NCBI RefSeq assembly: GCF_964194025.1
Contig: NC_134470.1
Span: 65,286,001-65,350,000, forward strand
Origin: Convolutriloba macropyga
Taxonomy: Eukaryota
Length of the DNA stretch: 64,000 nucleotides
Reading direction: 5' to 3'
How positions within the stretch are numbered: position 1 is the first letter of the stretch; each line of letters begins with the position of its first letter. This document shows, piece by piece, positions 36,040 to 47,500 of the stretch. The position numbers were made by a program, and so were the translations under genes. The notes under the pieces were generated by a model. The model made no database searches. It worked only from the letters and a program-made list of their open reading frames with translations, and had not been told where the DNA came from.

Positions 36040-36648
36040 TTAATTTTTTAATTCAAATCGAAAGTTACATTTTACATTCTCTTTATCAACATTCAGGGAG
36101 CCATATCCACTAATAATAATATCAATAATTTTTGAAAATTCTGCATAAGAACTGTTCTGATAAATACTTAAAAATCGGTTAAAAGTACAAGTTGGTAAGA
36201 AATCAGTTTGAACTTGAACATTCTCTTTGACAGTCTCCAGTTCAAAGATATTTGGAAGCTTTCTTTTGGAGCAATATAAATCTAGCTGATGTTGGTGATT
36301 GTAAATGACTGCTTGCTGCAACTTCTCAAAAATTTCACCGTGAAAAGTGATGTTGACAGATTGTGTTTTGTGGAGTAGAAGTCTGAAACATGTGTATAGG
36401 CAAGGTATAGAATAGGGTTTTGAAGAATTTTTTTTGAAAGCCTCTGTTACTTGATCCAAAGCTGCAATAACATGATAGTGTTGTTCTTTTATTCTACAAA
36501 AGCTGTTATTCTCATGCAAACTGTAAGCAAAACTGTTGTTGATTTCTTTAGTATCAAATATTGGCTCACTTCTGCAGATAAAATAGTGAAATTTTTTTCG
36601 AAACTGTCGAAAGAATTCAGGTGTTCGTTCAAACATTGCCTCAACCAT
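36040..36648 (-). CDS. Putative HUH-superfamily (Rep_2-like) endonuclease-fold protein (202 aa)
   Basis: FHYFICRSE / FAYSLHENN / KEQHYHVIA / CLYTCFRLLLHK are collinear with Rep_2 motifs; HYH at 36472-36480; the canonical catalytic Tyr position appears to be Leu. Confidence 0.5.
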   Translation of the reverse strand: MVEAMFERTPEFFRQFRKKFHYFICRSEPIFDTKEINNSFAYSLHENNSFCRIKEQHYHVIAALDQVTEAFKKNSSKPYSIPCLYTCFRLLLHKTQSVNITFHGEIFEKLQQAVIYNHQHQLDLYCSKRKLPNIFELETVKENVQVQTDFLPTCTFNRFLSIYQNSSYAEFSKIIDIIISGYGSLNVDKENVKCNFRFELKN

Positions 36649-36650
36649 TT

Positions 36651-37097
36651 TCAATACTGTGTGTCGCTCTCAGAACTTTTCTTCGCTTTCTTCTTTGATC
36701 GACCAGCAACCTGAGTTGAATTAAAGCTATTCGTCTCCGGTGAGAACGCAAACTGATAACGTCGTTTCCTTCCCGTTATCTTATTGTGTTCTTTTTTGAT
36801 AGGTTGTTCTGATTGTCCGGTCCTTAGTTTTTCACAGAGTGAATTGTAGCTTTGAGATAATTGTTCAAACTCGGCTAAAGATAGTGTTATTCTCTGGTTG
36901 AACTTGAAACCATCACTGTTACAATTGTTTCTGTTGTCTTGGGTTTGATCACGGAAGTTATCTTTTTTTAAAAGTTTTACCGTTATATATGTTCCAGTAG
37001 AGTCATAAGTTTTCACACAAGCAACTACATAACGTTTTTCTGTACATGTAATATCGTGAGAAAAGTCAAAGAAGGAACAATCGTCAACCGCTGGCAT
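36651..37097 (-). CDS. PC4-like ssDNA-binding protein (148 aa)
   Basis: KRYVVACVKTY...TYITVKLLKK...FNQRITLSLAEFEQL follows the PC4 strand-strand-strand-helix pattern; basic tail; ATG lies inside the right TIR. Confidence 0.6.
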   Translation of the reverse strand: MPAVDDCSFFDFSHDITCTEKRYVVACVKTYDSTGTYITVKLLKKDNFRDQTQDNRNNCNSDGFKFNQRITLSLAEFEQLSQSYNSLCEKLRTGQSEQPIKKEHNKITGRKRRYQFAFSPETNSFNSTQVAGRSKKKAKKSSESDTQY

Positions 37098-38229
37098 AGT
37101 TTGTTTACAAATCAAACTCAAACTGAAACTCAAACAAATTCTTTTAATTTTGCTCTATTGCTATACAAGTACTGTGTTAAACTGTAATAACAAACCACCC
37201 AATGCAGACAGTTGAACATGTAAACTTATTCAAAAATAAATCATAGACACTCTCGGTCGATCGGTCTCCCAATCACAATGGAATACGACAACTACTCGTG
37301 TATAATGACCTTCGGCAGTGACTATAGTAGTTAGTCATAGTATACATTATATTCTAAAAATAGATTGATGACACAGAGAGTTCTAACAACAACACATGCA
37401 TAGCAACAACCACTCACCTCCTTGCCTATTACTATATTTTATTCTCATGCATCATCAAATAAAGGGTTATAAGAGTATTTGAGAGTACTGACTGATAGTA
37501 ACAGACATAAAGAATACTACAAACAGTCAACAACCTATTGATGACAGTTTTTGGTTATAAAACATTTGATATAATCTTAGTACCAGGTAAAATGATGTCC
37601 ACAAAAAATTAACATTAACACCTGCAACCCAGCGCAAATTGTGTTTCACACAATTTTAATACTTGAAAATTTTTGAATTTTCCCAAAATTTTTCAAAGTT
37701 TTTTTCAATGATTAGGCCCACCAGCTGAGATGAGGTCAACAAAAAATCGTCTTTGAGACCTGAAACCCAGCGCAAAATACAATTCATGCAATTTTAACAC
37801 TTTGAATTTTTCATTTTTTTTTTCAATTTTTTTTCAAAAAATTTTTTTTACTGATGAGGCTCACCTGGGCTGATTACAAAATGACAACCACTGGAACAGC
37901 AGTGCTTTTTCCCGACTAACATATAAAACAAACCAAACCTACCAAAAAACGTCAAAAAATTCAGAAATTTGCCAAAAATGTGTCTTACTGGGCACGCAAC
38001 GGGGGGGGGGGACATTTGGGTGTTACTGTGTTCGCAACGGGGGGGGGGGACACAAAAAAATTTTTCGAAAAGGCGATAGTTTTTGGCGTTTTCCACCGCT
38101 CTTGCCAAAACGCCAAAAACTATCAACTTTTCGAAAAATTTTTTCGTGTCCCCCCCCCCCCCCCGTTGCGAACACAGTAACACCCAAATGTCTCCCCCCG
38201 TTGCGTGCCCAGTAAGACACCTTACTACT
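37068..38229 (-). repeat. Right TIR of the Polinton
   Basis: Reverse complement of 25613-26784; terminal hairpin at 37980-38220. Confidence 0.95.
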
Positions 38230-38574
38230 GGACGTGCCAATTCTAGTTCCCCGTTCACGTATTTTTCACTTACTTAGTTGATTAAGTTTTACATGGATTG
38301 GAAGAAGACTTTGGATGGCTATAATTTGAGGGTGTCAGAACGCTGAAAATTAACGTAGTGGATTGCTTTGCTGCGCAACTGCTGTCTAAAAGCACTTTGA
38401 GCAGAATGAGCAAATTTTATACCATATCTTCATTTCTGCACTAAAAAGCTTGCCTTCTCAAAACAATTGCGGAGAATTAATAGCTTTCATCCACATAAAA
38501 GTATTATCTTGGCATATAGGATCCAAAGCCTTGAAATTTGGAAAATCAAACCTGGTTTTTTAAAATCGGCTTAC

Positions 38575-38812
38575 CTGTTTTTGTGAATTTGCCAATACAT
38601 GTTCCGACAGACACTAAATGTTTGCGCGGGATGGTGATGGAGGCGGTTAAGAGATCCTCTCTGGCGTAGAACACTCTGTCTCTGTGCAGTCTGAAATTAT
38701 AACTGCGTTTATGGTGGTCACTGTTCTCTATCAGCTTTCTCACATTCTCCCCAATGTACTTCATCAGTTTTTCCATCACAGCTTTTAGCTCTTCTTCTTT
38801 TAGCTGACGCAT
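38575..38812 (-). CDS. NIP7: NIP7 exon 1
   Basis: MRQLKEEE..VMEKLMKYIGEN...FRLHRDRVFY...SVGTCIGKFTKT; donor g|gtaagc; the three exons total 555 nt (184 aa). Confidence 0.95.
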
Positions 38813-39135
38813 TTTAAATTAACGAGCAAACTAAAACCTGAAAAATATCAATAGACCCGATAAAATTTTACTATCATTCCAATGTATGTGGCCCTGCACA
38901 TGGCTGGCGAGTACTCGAAAAATTAAACTTGTGCTAACTTCCTGGACAATGGATAAAGAACACAGGCAAAGAACACGAACAACTGCTGTAGGCCTCTATG
39001 TACAGCACAACATATGTTCGGTAATGCAAATTTTTAGTTATTATCAAAACGAGCGTTCAAAAAATTTCTAAATCTGTGAAATTCCTCAACAATATTTATA
39101 AACAAGGAAGCTCGGTAACATGCATTTGCACATAA

Positions 39136-41934
39136 TGTTCCGACCCTGCTCATCTTCATTTTTGACTTAATTATCCACCAAATGTAGATTAGAGAATATA
39201 CACAGATAGATGTTTGAGTTTAAAAAATTTGTTACAAAACCAAAACATTAAATGAGTTGAATAATGTCATGCCGCATTAGAGAACTTTTGATGCCTGCCA
39301 TTAAAAAGACTACGAGACCATTCAAACAACAAAACACACAAAAGCAACAAAATATATTTTTTTGGCAGAAACAATATCTAAATTGTATCAAAGCCAAAAT
39401 ATCATCAAATAAAACCTAAAATACACACATTCACTTTTACTTAACTACAAAGCAGACGCTACCTGTCCATAATGAGACTAGATAAACAGTCGACAAAAAG
39501 AAAAAAAGATTAGGATAAAAAAATTTTTTCAACCAAATGATCTCAAAAACAGTAGCCTTCAAGCAAAAAAAAAATGATATTAATTTACTTATAAGTCATC
39601 AGAAAACCAATGTGCACGGTCTCTGGTGAGACTATGCCATCGAAAGGCTGCAAAATATACAGATAGATAAAAACAAGAATTTACAAAAAATAAACGAAAA
39701 CATTCTAGCCAATGAAATCATCAGTCATTATCCGAATAATATATACTATTTCAATCACTACTTTTAATTTTTAGTTAATATACAAAAAGACTGTGTATTT
39801 GTTTAATAGGGTTTCATTTGAAAATCAATAGGACAAACGCATGGTGTCCAAGATATAAAATATTTGTATAGAAAAAATCAATAGAGCGGTTAAACTTTAA
39901 ACCACAAGAAAAAGGATAGGACATTTCATTGCCGAGATTAAGTTTCAAGTAGACAAAAAGAAGAACAACAGAGGAAAAGCTCAAAAATCTAAAAATTTGA
40001 AAGCAAATAAAATCAAAATAATCAAAACCAAAATCTATCAACTGCAAGCATCAACTAAGTTCTGAATTTCTGGGGACTACAGAAAAAAATTACAGGCATA
40101 AACCAGAAATTTGAGCAAAATGCGGCAACAATGTTACAGTTAAAAAATTAATCAATGAAAAATTCTGAATACGTTAAAATGATTTCTTTTTGAAACCAAT
40201 TTTCTTTTCTCAGTACTGCAATAGTGTGGTTCAAAAAAATAAAAACTAACTAACAAACAAAAACCACAAAATTCTAATGACAACACATAGTGTCAGAGCA
40301 ATTAAAACCCATAACATAAAACTGAACTCATTAAGTACGTTAACTCCTACGTCAAGTGGACGCCAATGAGATCATCCATTAATCAGAAAAAGTGGGATTA
40401 CAAAAAGGACAAAAAGCGGCAAAAACAGAGAACAATAGAAAAGTGCAAATGGAAACTGTCGAAGCCAATGAAATCATGAGCTATTCGCTGATAAATTTCT
40501 AAATGTTCACCTATGACTCTTCAACGCAAATGGGCACTTTCAACATTCTGAACAAAAATGCCAATTTTTTTAAAAATTGCATCAGAACTCGAAATCAAAA
40601 TATTAGACAGAACATTACCGACTACCGTCGGGCAAGTTGCTCTCAAACAACCGGCGAGCGGTTGCCTTCGTCAGTCGCTAGTCACTGTTTAGTGAGGCTA
40701 GCTTTAGCTTAATTGAAAGGGTGTGAGGTCAGCGCAGCGGGTGGTTCACCGGAGAGGCTGATGGGTGTGGGGTAATAATGGAGGTGGGGGGAGGAGGGGG
40801 CAACGGTGGGAGGATGGTTTTTAGCTACATGAAGCCCTTGAGACCCGAAAGGTGTGCATAGGTGGTGATTGGGTAAGAAGTGAGAGGGGGCTGATGTGGG
40901 CGGGGGGTGGGGGTGGCGTGTCAACCTCCAAGAACCACCCTCCACACCATAAGAATATGTCTCCAAAACAGTTTCTGTGAATCGCATACTTAGAGGCTAG
41001 TGAGCTGAAACGCTCTAAGAGCACTTAATGCCCGCTGGATGCAACCTGTTTATCCCGTTTTTGAGTTCAAGAATTCAAATGGGTCAGACGAAAAATCGGT
41101 CAAGCGATAAATCGCATAAAAACAGACCGACAAGACTATTATAATTACAACTAACTTCATTTGAGAGCATTTAAAAAACCACAAACCAGAATACTTTGTG
41201 ATTCACTATAAAGTATTTGGCAACTGTCGTTAGGGGGCATTAGTGAGGCCGAATTTCACAGAAAAGTGTTTCAAAAGCGGGTCAAATTCAATTTTTTTGA
41301 AAAAAACTTAAGTATTAACAGCCGTTGAGTGAGCATTCATAGCATTAGATATATTCACTTAACACTCTTTAAGAAGCCAATTGGCCAATTTTCAATTAAC
41401 CAGATTAATCCATAAAACTACAAAATTGCAACAAAAGCAGGCAAAACAACAATTCCCTAAAAAATTTGAAAACACACGTGTCAAAGTCATATAAAACACA
41501 AGCGAAGATTCGCTGAAAACAAAATATAAGTTCATTGGGTCTAATTTGATCGTAAATGAAAAGTGACTTGTCTCTGAATATGAAAAATATTGTGAAAAGG
41601 ATAAAAACAGCTCTCCAATAGAATTCGAATTCTTTAGATTGTAAAATTCCTGATGCGACCAAAACCAGTCTTTTTTGCTGCTCGTCTTGTGAAAGCATAT
41701 AAAATGGCCCATAAAAGACGCTAACGGTGAGCAAAATTACTCCCAAAGTGTTCACAAAAACTTTAAACTTCGATAGTTCCTTTAAACTCTATTCAATTTT
41801 AAATTCTACGCTTGGAGAGCTTTTTAATGATACCACTCACAATTCTCGACGATGAATATATCAATAGGCCAAAATTAATTACAAGAAATTATTTGAGTAT
41901 ATAGTTAGCCCCTCAACTAAGTGGGGTCGGAACA
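39136..41934 (-). mobile_element. Non-autonomous element, family B, inverted copy containing a nested family A element
   Basis: tgttccgaccctgctca at 39136 and actaagtggggtcggaaca ending at 41934. Confidence 0.55.
40611..41177 (-). mobile_element. HINE-like family A copy
   Basis: ccgactaccgtcgg hairpin and ttgctctcaaac at the left, ttcatttgagagcattt at the right; internal block shared with 17570-17776. Confidence 0.65.
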
Positions 41935-42898
41935 AAAAATTCAAAATCCAACTGGATACTTCTAAGCTAATTTTTGCTAATGATGGAAAAGCATTTCAAA
42001 TACGGGGCGCCATTATAGGACGCCTTAATTTGAATGCGTAAAAAAATCCTTAACTTTCAGACAAGGTTCTTATAATTCGGGCGTCAAAAACCTCACACAA
42101 TTTTACCTGAAATGCTTATTTTCGTCAAAAGATAAAATGGAAAACGAAATAGTTTCCAACAATTACCAGTCGTCTCACTCGTTAACAAAAGAGAATAATT
42201 TGATTTTTCTTTAGGAGATTTTGTTATTCAAATGGTTCAACTTAACCCATTTATTTCTTGCAGCCGGTTTTATTTCCGATTTAACAATATAAAAAGATGA
42301 GGATATAAGAAGTATGTCAAAAATAATTCAAATTTTTATATTGGAATTATTTAAGATTTTAAGAAGCAAACTGCCACAAATTGAATTCAGCTCCTTACAA
42401 CTCTGAACTACTGAGTAAATCGGTCCACGTAAAAATCAGGTAATCAAGCGAGATGTAAATCAAGTAAAAAAAGTCGAGCAAAAACAATACATTGTACAGG
42501 ACACACTCACGCACGAAAAACAATAATTGATTCGTCGTTGAAGAGCAAATAAACGGGGGTGCGGTTTGAGAGTGCAGAGTTAGAGAGAGCGCGGTCCAAA
42601 ACGCTTAACGACTGTTCATTTACAATATTTTTTTCTCAGCAGCTGCTGTGAATTGTACACTTAAAGACTAGAGCTCAAATAGAGCTGCTTAGCCATTTAA
42701 TACCCTCCGGGTTCTACCTGTAAATACACTTAAATACTCTTAAATGCACCACAAAAAAATTTTTCGAAGTGAAATCCAATTACAAAAGTGAGGAATACAG
42801 GAAAAACAATGGGTGAATGTGCGCGAGAACACAAAACGAGCGCCCAACTCGAAATCATATTTTTATGGTAAAAGTATAATCATCAACAACGTGCTGCT

Positions 42899-42903
<5 letters not shown>

Positions 42904-42953
<50 letters not shown>
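42904..42953. repeat. (TA)n microsatellite
   Basis: About 25 TA units. Confidence 0.95.
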
Positions 42954-42958
<5 letters not shown>

Positions 42959-44200
42959 GTCTAGTTAGGAAACTGTTTTCGATTCCTCAGATTCAACAAA
43001 GACAAATTTGGCAATAAAGGCGAATTTGATCAATTGGAGCTAAACTCGCTCTTTTAAATCTCGCAAATAATCTCTTGAACATCAATTTAACATACAAAGC
43101 CAAAATCAGACAGAAGTGTTCAGAAGGATTATAGCCGGAAAATTGACAAAAACAGCCGTAATTGACTCCATCGGCCAGCGTCAAGATAAAAAAGTGAAAT
43201 GAAGAAAGATAGAACAGAAATAACTGACAGTGTAACTTTTCTATGTCAAAGAGTGCTATAATGTGGTCCGCATTTTCACAAAGTAGATATAAATGCTGAA
43301 TTCGCCAACAAAATTTGAGCACAAAGGCCAATTATATTGGACATTAATCCAACTATCATAGTCTGATAAAATTAAATAACCAAGTCAACAGTTTTAATTC
43401 CCAGGCTTAATTGTTTAATCCCGGTTTCCCAATTGATTTCTTGCAACCACTTCATTGAGGTATAAGAGAGTTATCATTGGAATAATTGAAGTAAAAACTG
43501 CCTTCAAACACAGCCAGATGCGCTCATAATTGAAATATTAATTTCATTAAACTAATCACTTTGATAGAGGAAAAAATCTGTCAATTTTTTTCATTTAGCC
43601 AGAAATTTTGACAAAAAAATTATTTTCAACAAATCAAATGAAACATGAGCTGTTCAAGAGGAAGCTCTAGGCATGCTAGAACATTGAAAGCAATACACAC
43701 CGGAAAAATCGGTAAGCAAAAGTTTAGAAAATGTCATAGTTCTCAACAGCTGTTCTCGAAATAACTTGTAACATTGCATTTCTTTGATCATTGTATACAT
43801 ACACCGTACATAAAACAACAAAAAAAACAATAACATAGCTGGCAAATTGCCAGAAAATAGTCACAATAGCTTTTTAGATCTGCAGTCTCAAAAAGATTGT
43901 AAAGGAAACAGACCAAAAAAATTTCCTTTTATTATATGATGAGATGTTATATTTTGACCAGTAATCTGTGTAACTTATGGCTTCTTCTAATAGCTGCTCT
44001 CAAATAACCTTCAAATAGAGTGACACTTACTTACTTGACCTTATCTCTTTGAATTGGAGTAAAGAAAAGTCAATTTCAGACTGAGGAAGTCATTTTTGAG
44101 AGTGACGTAATTGATATGTGACAAAAGAACTAATTGCTCGATAAGAGCAAAAATGACGTCACGCACGCAATTCAGTTGAAATCGCATAAACGAATGAACA

Positions 44201-44560
44201 AACATAAACCGACTAATGTCGGAAGAATTGCTCTTGAACGACAGGCGGGTAGAAATACTGACCCCGCCAGGATTCGAGCCTTTGACCTCCCGATCCATAA
44301 ACAGATGCACTGCCCACTCGGCTATCAGGCCCTTATCGTATATGTGCTGCAAACGTTTTTATACTAGCAACCAGCTTTACTTCGGAGTGAGAGCAATAGA
44401 GATCACTCAAAAATGAAGAACGAAAGCGAGAAAATGTCACTTGAGACGTCAAAGAATGTTGTAGAAGAAAAGCGCAAAACGATCAAGCAAAACATTTAAA
44501 TACAGAAGACCAACGCGTTTACAATAATTGCTATGAACTTTGTTCAAGAGCAATTAAAAA
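44201..44560 (-). mobile_element. HINE-like family A copy carrying a tRNA-like segment
   Basis: Same termini as 16901-17776; minus strand 44260-44332 has A box TAGCCGAGTGG and B box GGCTCGAATCC; inserted into a repeat whose empty paralogue is at ~57840-58340. Confidence 0.7.
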
Positions 44561-45417
44561 GCAAATTTTAAGCGATTGTGACGTCATATGGTCGTAACAA
44601 AAATCTTGACGACAAAAAACGAAGAGAAAGCTAATAATAGCCTCAGCTCTAGCTTTGCGGATATTAATAAAAAGAGGGCAAAATTGGATATTCACTAATA
44701 CGATGACAACAATTGGCGGCAAAGACATCAGAAGCTTTAGTTACCCGTCGATGTATACAAGCCACTGGAAATTGGCGCAATGTAAAATATGTGTCATTTT
44801 AATAGTACTGAAGAGAAACAATAGAAACAGAAGTCAAATTGCCGCACGTAAAAACATTTTGAAAACCGAAAATTTTTTCATATACCGATTTCTCATTCAA
44901 CTTTAAAGATCCTTTGAATAAAAAATCACGCCTGAAACCTTGCTTTTTCGATCGCTTTACTACTCCAGCGTGATTAATGTCACCATCCTAATTTGACCTC
45001 CCAAATTTGACGTGAAAACGCCGAAAAAAGTGTGAACAGATCTTAAAAAACGACAGCACACCAATACAACCCAAATACTTTGGATTGTAAAAAAGGAGGG
45101 AGCCTAAATAATAGTGGTTAAGAGACTGACGGCGATTATTAAAAAAAATACAACTCGCTCATCGACAGTGTCTTTTAAACCATGGATTCCCCTTTCAAAA
45201 CATTTTGCTACAACGAGAACTTTTCAGGCAAGTGCAAATAAAGTGCAAGATTAAACAGGCGAGACGAAAAGCCACACCCTAGCCTCTTTTCGCTTAGATT
45301 GGCAGTAAAAGCTTTTGCAATTAATAGAACAAATATTCTAGCACCAAGAACAAAGTGAATAAATAAATAATGAAAGTATATAATATCAGTTTAACCCCAT
45401 CCAGACAAACATTTTCA

Positions 45418-45781
45418 TCAAGGTTCACTGATAGTGAACAATTTGAACTGGATACGATTATAGTATTCTTCTCCCGGTCGCAAGACAATACTTGGGAACT
45501 CAGTGTGATTCACAGCGTCCGGGTATCCATGAGCCTCAAATGCAAACGAGCTGTGATGTCTATATTCAGTACCATCTTTGCCTTCGTCCACATTAATGTA
45601 GTAATTATTGTAGAACTGAAAACCTGGTTGATTTGAGCTCATGTGAAGACACACATCTTTGAATTGTGCCTTGGCGTGCCATTCAGTTTCACGTTTCTTC
45701 TCGTCCGTCATACAGAAATAGTTGTCAAATCCAACACCACAGTTAACGCTCTCCAAAATGGTTCCCAGCCGAACTGCGTTT
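45418..45781 (-). CDS. GALM: Aldose 1-epimerase (galactose mutarotase), exon 5
   Basis: GFDNYF, NQPGFQFY, FAFEAHGYPDAVNH.EFPSIVLRPGEEY; acceptor ttacag. Confidence 0.92.
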
Positions 45782-46144
45782 CTGTAACAATCTTCCGGTC
45801 TCATAAGTTTCACAGACATATAAAAAGATGAAAAGACCAGGCAAAATAGGAAAAGTGTCAGAAAGACAACTCCAGAAGGAACTCAAAGCATAGTCGAGAC
45901 GGGACAAGACGCCCGTCCATATAAATATAAATCCCAAGGTAATAGTCGTAAAAACTATTGGGCGGGAACAATAATCAAAAGCCCAAATTCTTAAAACAGC
46001 AAAAAGCATCATACAGAAGCAACTATCAGGCACTGGGAGCTCCGAAAAATCTCACCGATGCAGTAACTAAGATGCTTTAGCAACCAACTCCAATGAAAAA
46101 TGCCAGTAAAGCCATAAAACAAGCAATTCCGTAATGGAATATGA

Positions 46145-47500
46145 ACGAAATGTAAATGCGTCATAAGATAATCAAAGCAACCTTGAGATGTACTAAAACG
46201 CGGCAGACCCTATTCCCGTTGTGACTAAACAGCTGTGAAAAAGCTGTTCTACAAACAACGGTGCAAAAACGTAAACAAGAAATAAAAACGAAAAAAAAAC
46301 AGACTGCAATGGTTGTATAAACATCACCTGCTGTTCAGAAGCAGTTCTAGCTAACAATTTTTTCCTTAGAAACTACATAATGCTGGGTACTAATCATATT
46401 TCAATTTCTAAAAAATAAATATATAATTAAGATGATGTTTCAATAGTCTTTCTTAAATTTTTGTTAATAAAATATGTAACTTTCATTCCATCAATAGCTT
46501 TGTTCAATTATTTGTGGATTATAATGGCCGAATTCTCCAATCGTCACTAGTTTGCAATTAAAGGTATAAATTTCTGCAAACTAAAGCTTTGGATAATTTT
46601 TTGTACTTGTATATTGGGTTGTTACATTTGTTTTAGTTTGAGGATTTTGTGTACGCACCGAATGTTTTCATGGAGAAAATTATTTATTGTTCGAGTCTCT
46701 TCTCGTGTTTTTTGATTCGACGAGACAAGCAATAGGCTAAGGAACACACAAACATGGACGAAATGTAAATGCGTCTTTGGAGTCTCATAGCAACATTGAG
46801 ATGTACTAAAACGCAGCACACGCTATAACCGTTGTGACTAAACAGCTTTGAAAACGCTGTTCTACAAACAACGGTGCAAAAACGTAAACAAGAAATAAAA
46901 ACGAAAAAAACAGACTGCAATGGTTGTATAAACATCACGTGCTGTTCAGAGGCAGTTCTAGCTAACAATTTTTTCCTTAGAAACTACACAATGCTGGGTA
47001 CTAATCATATTTCATTTTCTAAAAAAATAAATATATAATTAAGATGATGTTTCAATAGTCTTTCTTTAATTTTTGTTAATAAAATATGTAACTTTCATTC
47101 CATCAATAGCTTTGTTCAATTATTTGTGGAATATGATGACCGAATTCTCGAATTGTCACTAGTTTGCAATTAAAGGTAAAAATTTCTGTGAACTAAAGCT
47201 TTGGATTTCATTATACTTGTATATTGGGTTGTTACATTTGTCTTTGTTTGCAGATTTTGTGCACGCCCTGAATGTTGTCATGGAGAAAATTAAATTATTT
47301 AATGTTCGAGTCTCTTCTCGTGTCCTTTGATTCGACGAGACAAACAATAAGCTAAGGAACACACAAACATGGACGAAATGTAAATGCGTCTTTAGAGTCT
47401 CATAGCAACATTGAGATGTACTAAAATGCAGTACACGCTATTCCCGTTGTGACTAAACAGCTGTGAAAACATTGTTCTACAAACAACGGTGCGAAAACGT
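46145..47500. repeat. Tandem ~615-bp repeat (further copies at ~49690-50600) in GALM intron 4
   Basis: ccgttgtgactaaacagct recurs near 46216, 46829, 47444, 49719 and 50458. Confidence 0.85.

Larger units (their letters stand above)
25613..38229. mobile_element. Polinton/Maverick (adintovirus-like) endogenous element lacking pPolB, 12,617 bp
   Basis: Termini AGTAGT...ACTACT; 6-bp TSD GGACGT at 25607-25612 and 38230-38235; ~1.17-kb TIRs; integrase, ATPase, penton, MCP and protease genes. Confidence 0.95.

Noticed and set aside
37850-37885. CTGATGA followed by a short stem, resembling a hammerhead ribozyme core
   Set aside because: The stem is followed by GATT rather than GAAA, and no supporting stems I/III are evident
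44260-44332. tRNA gene
   Set aside because: A and B boxes are present, but the acceptor and anticodon stems pair poorly and it lies inside a dispersed repeat; treated as tRNA-derived cargo
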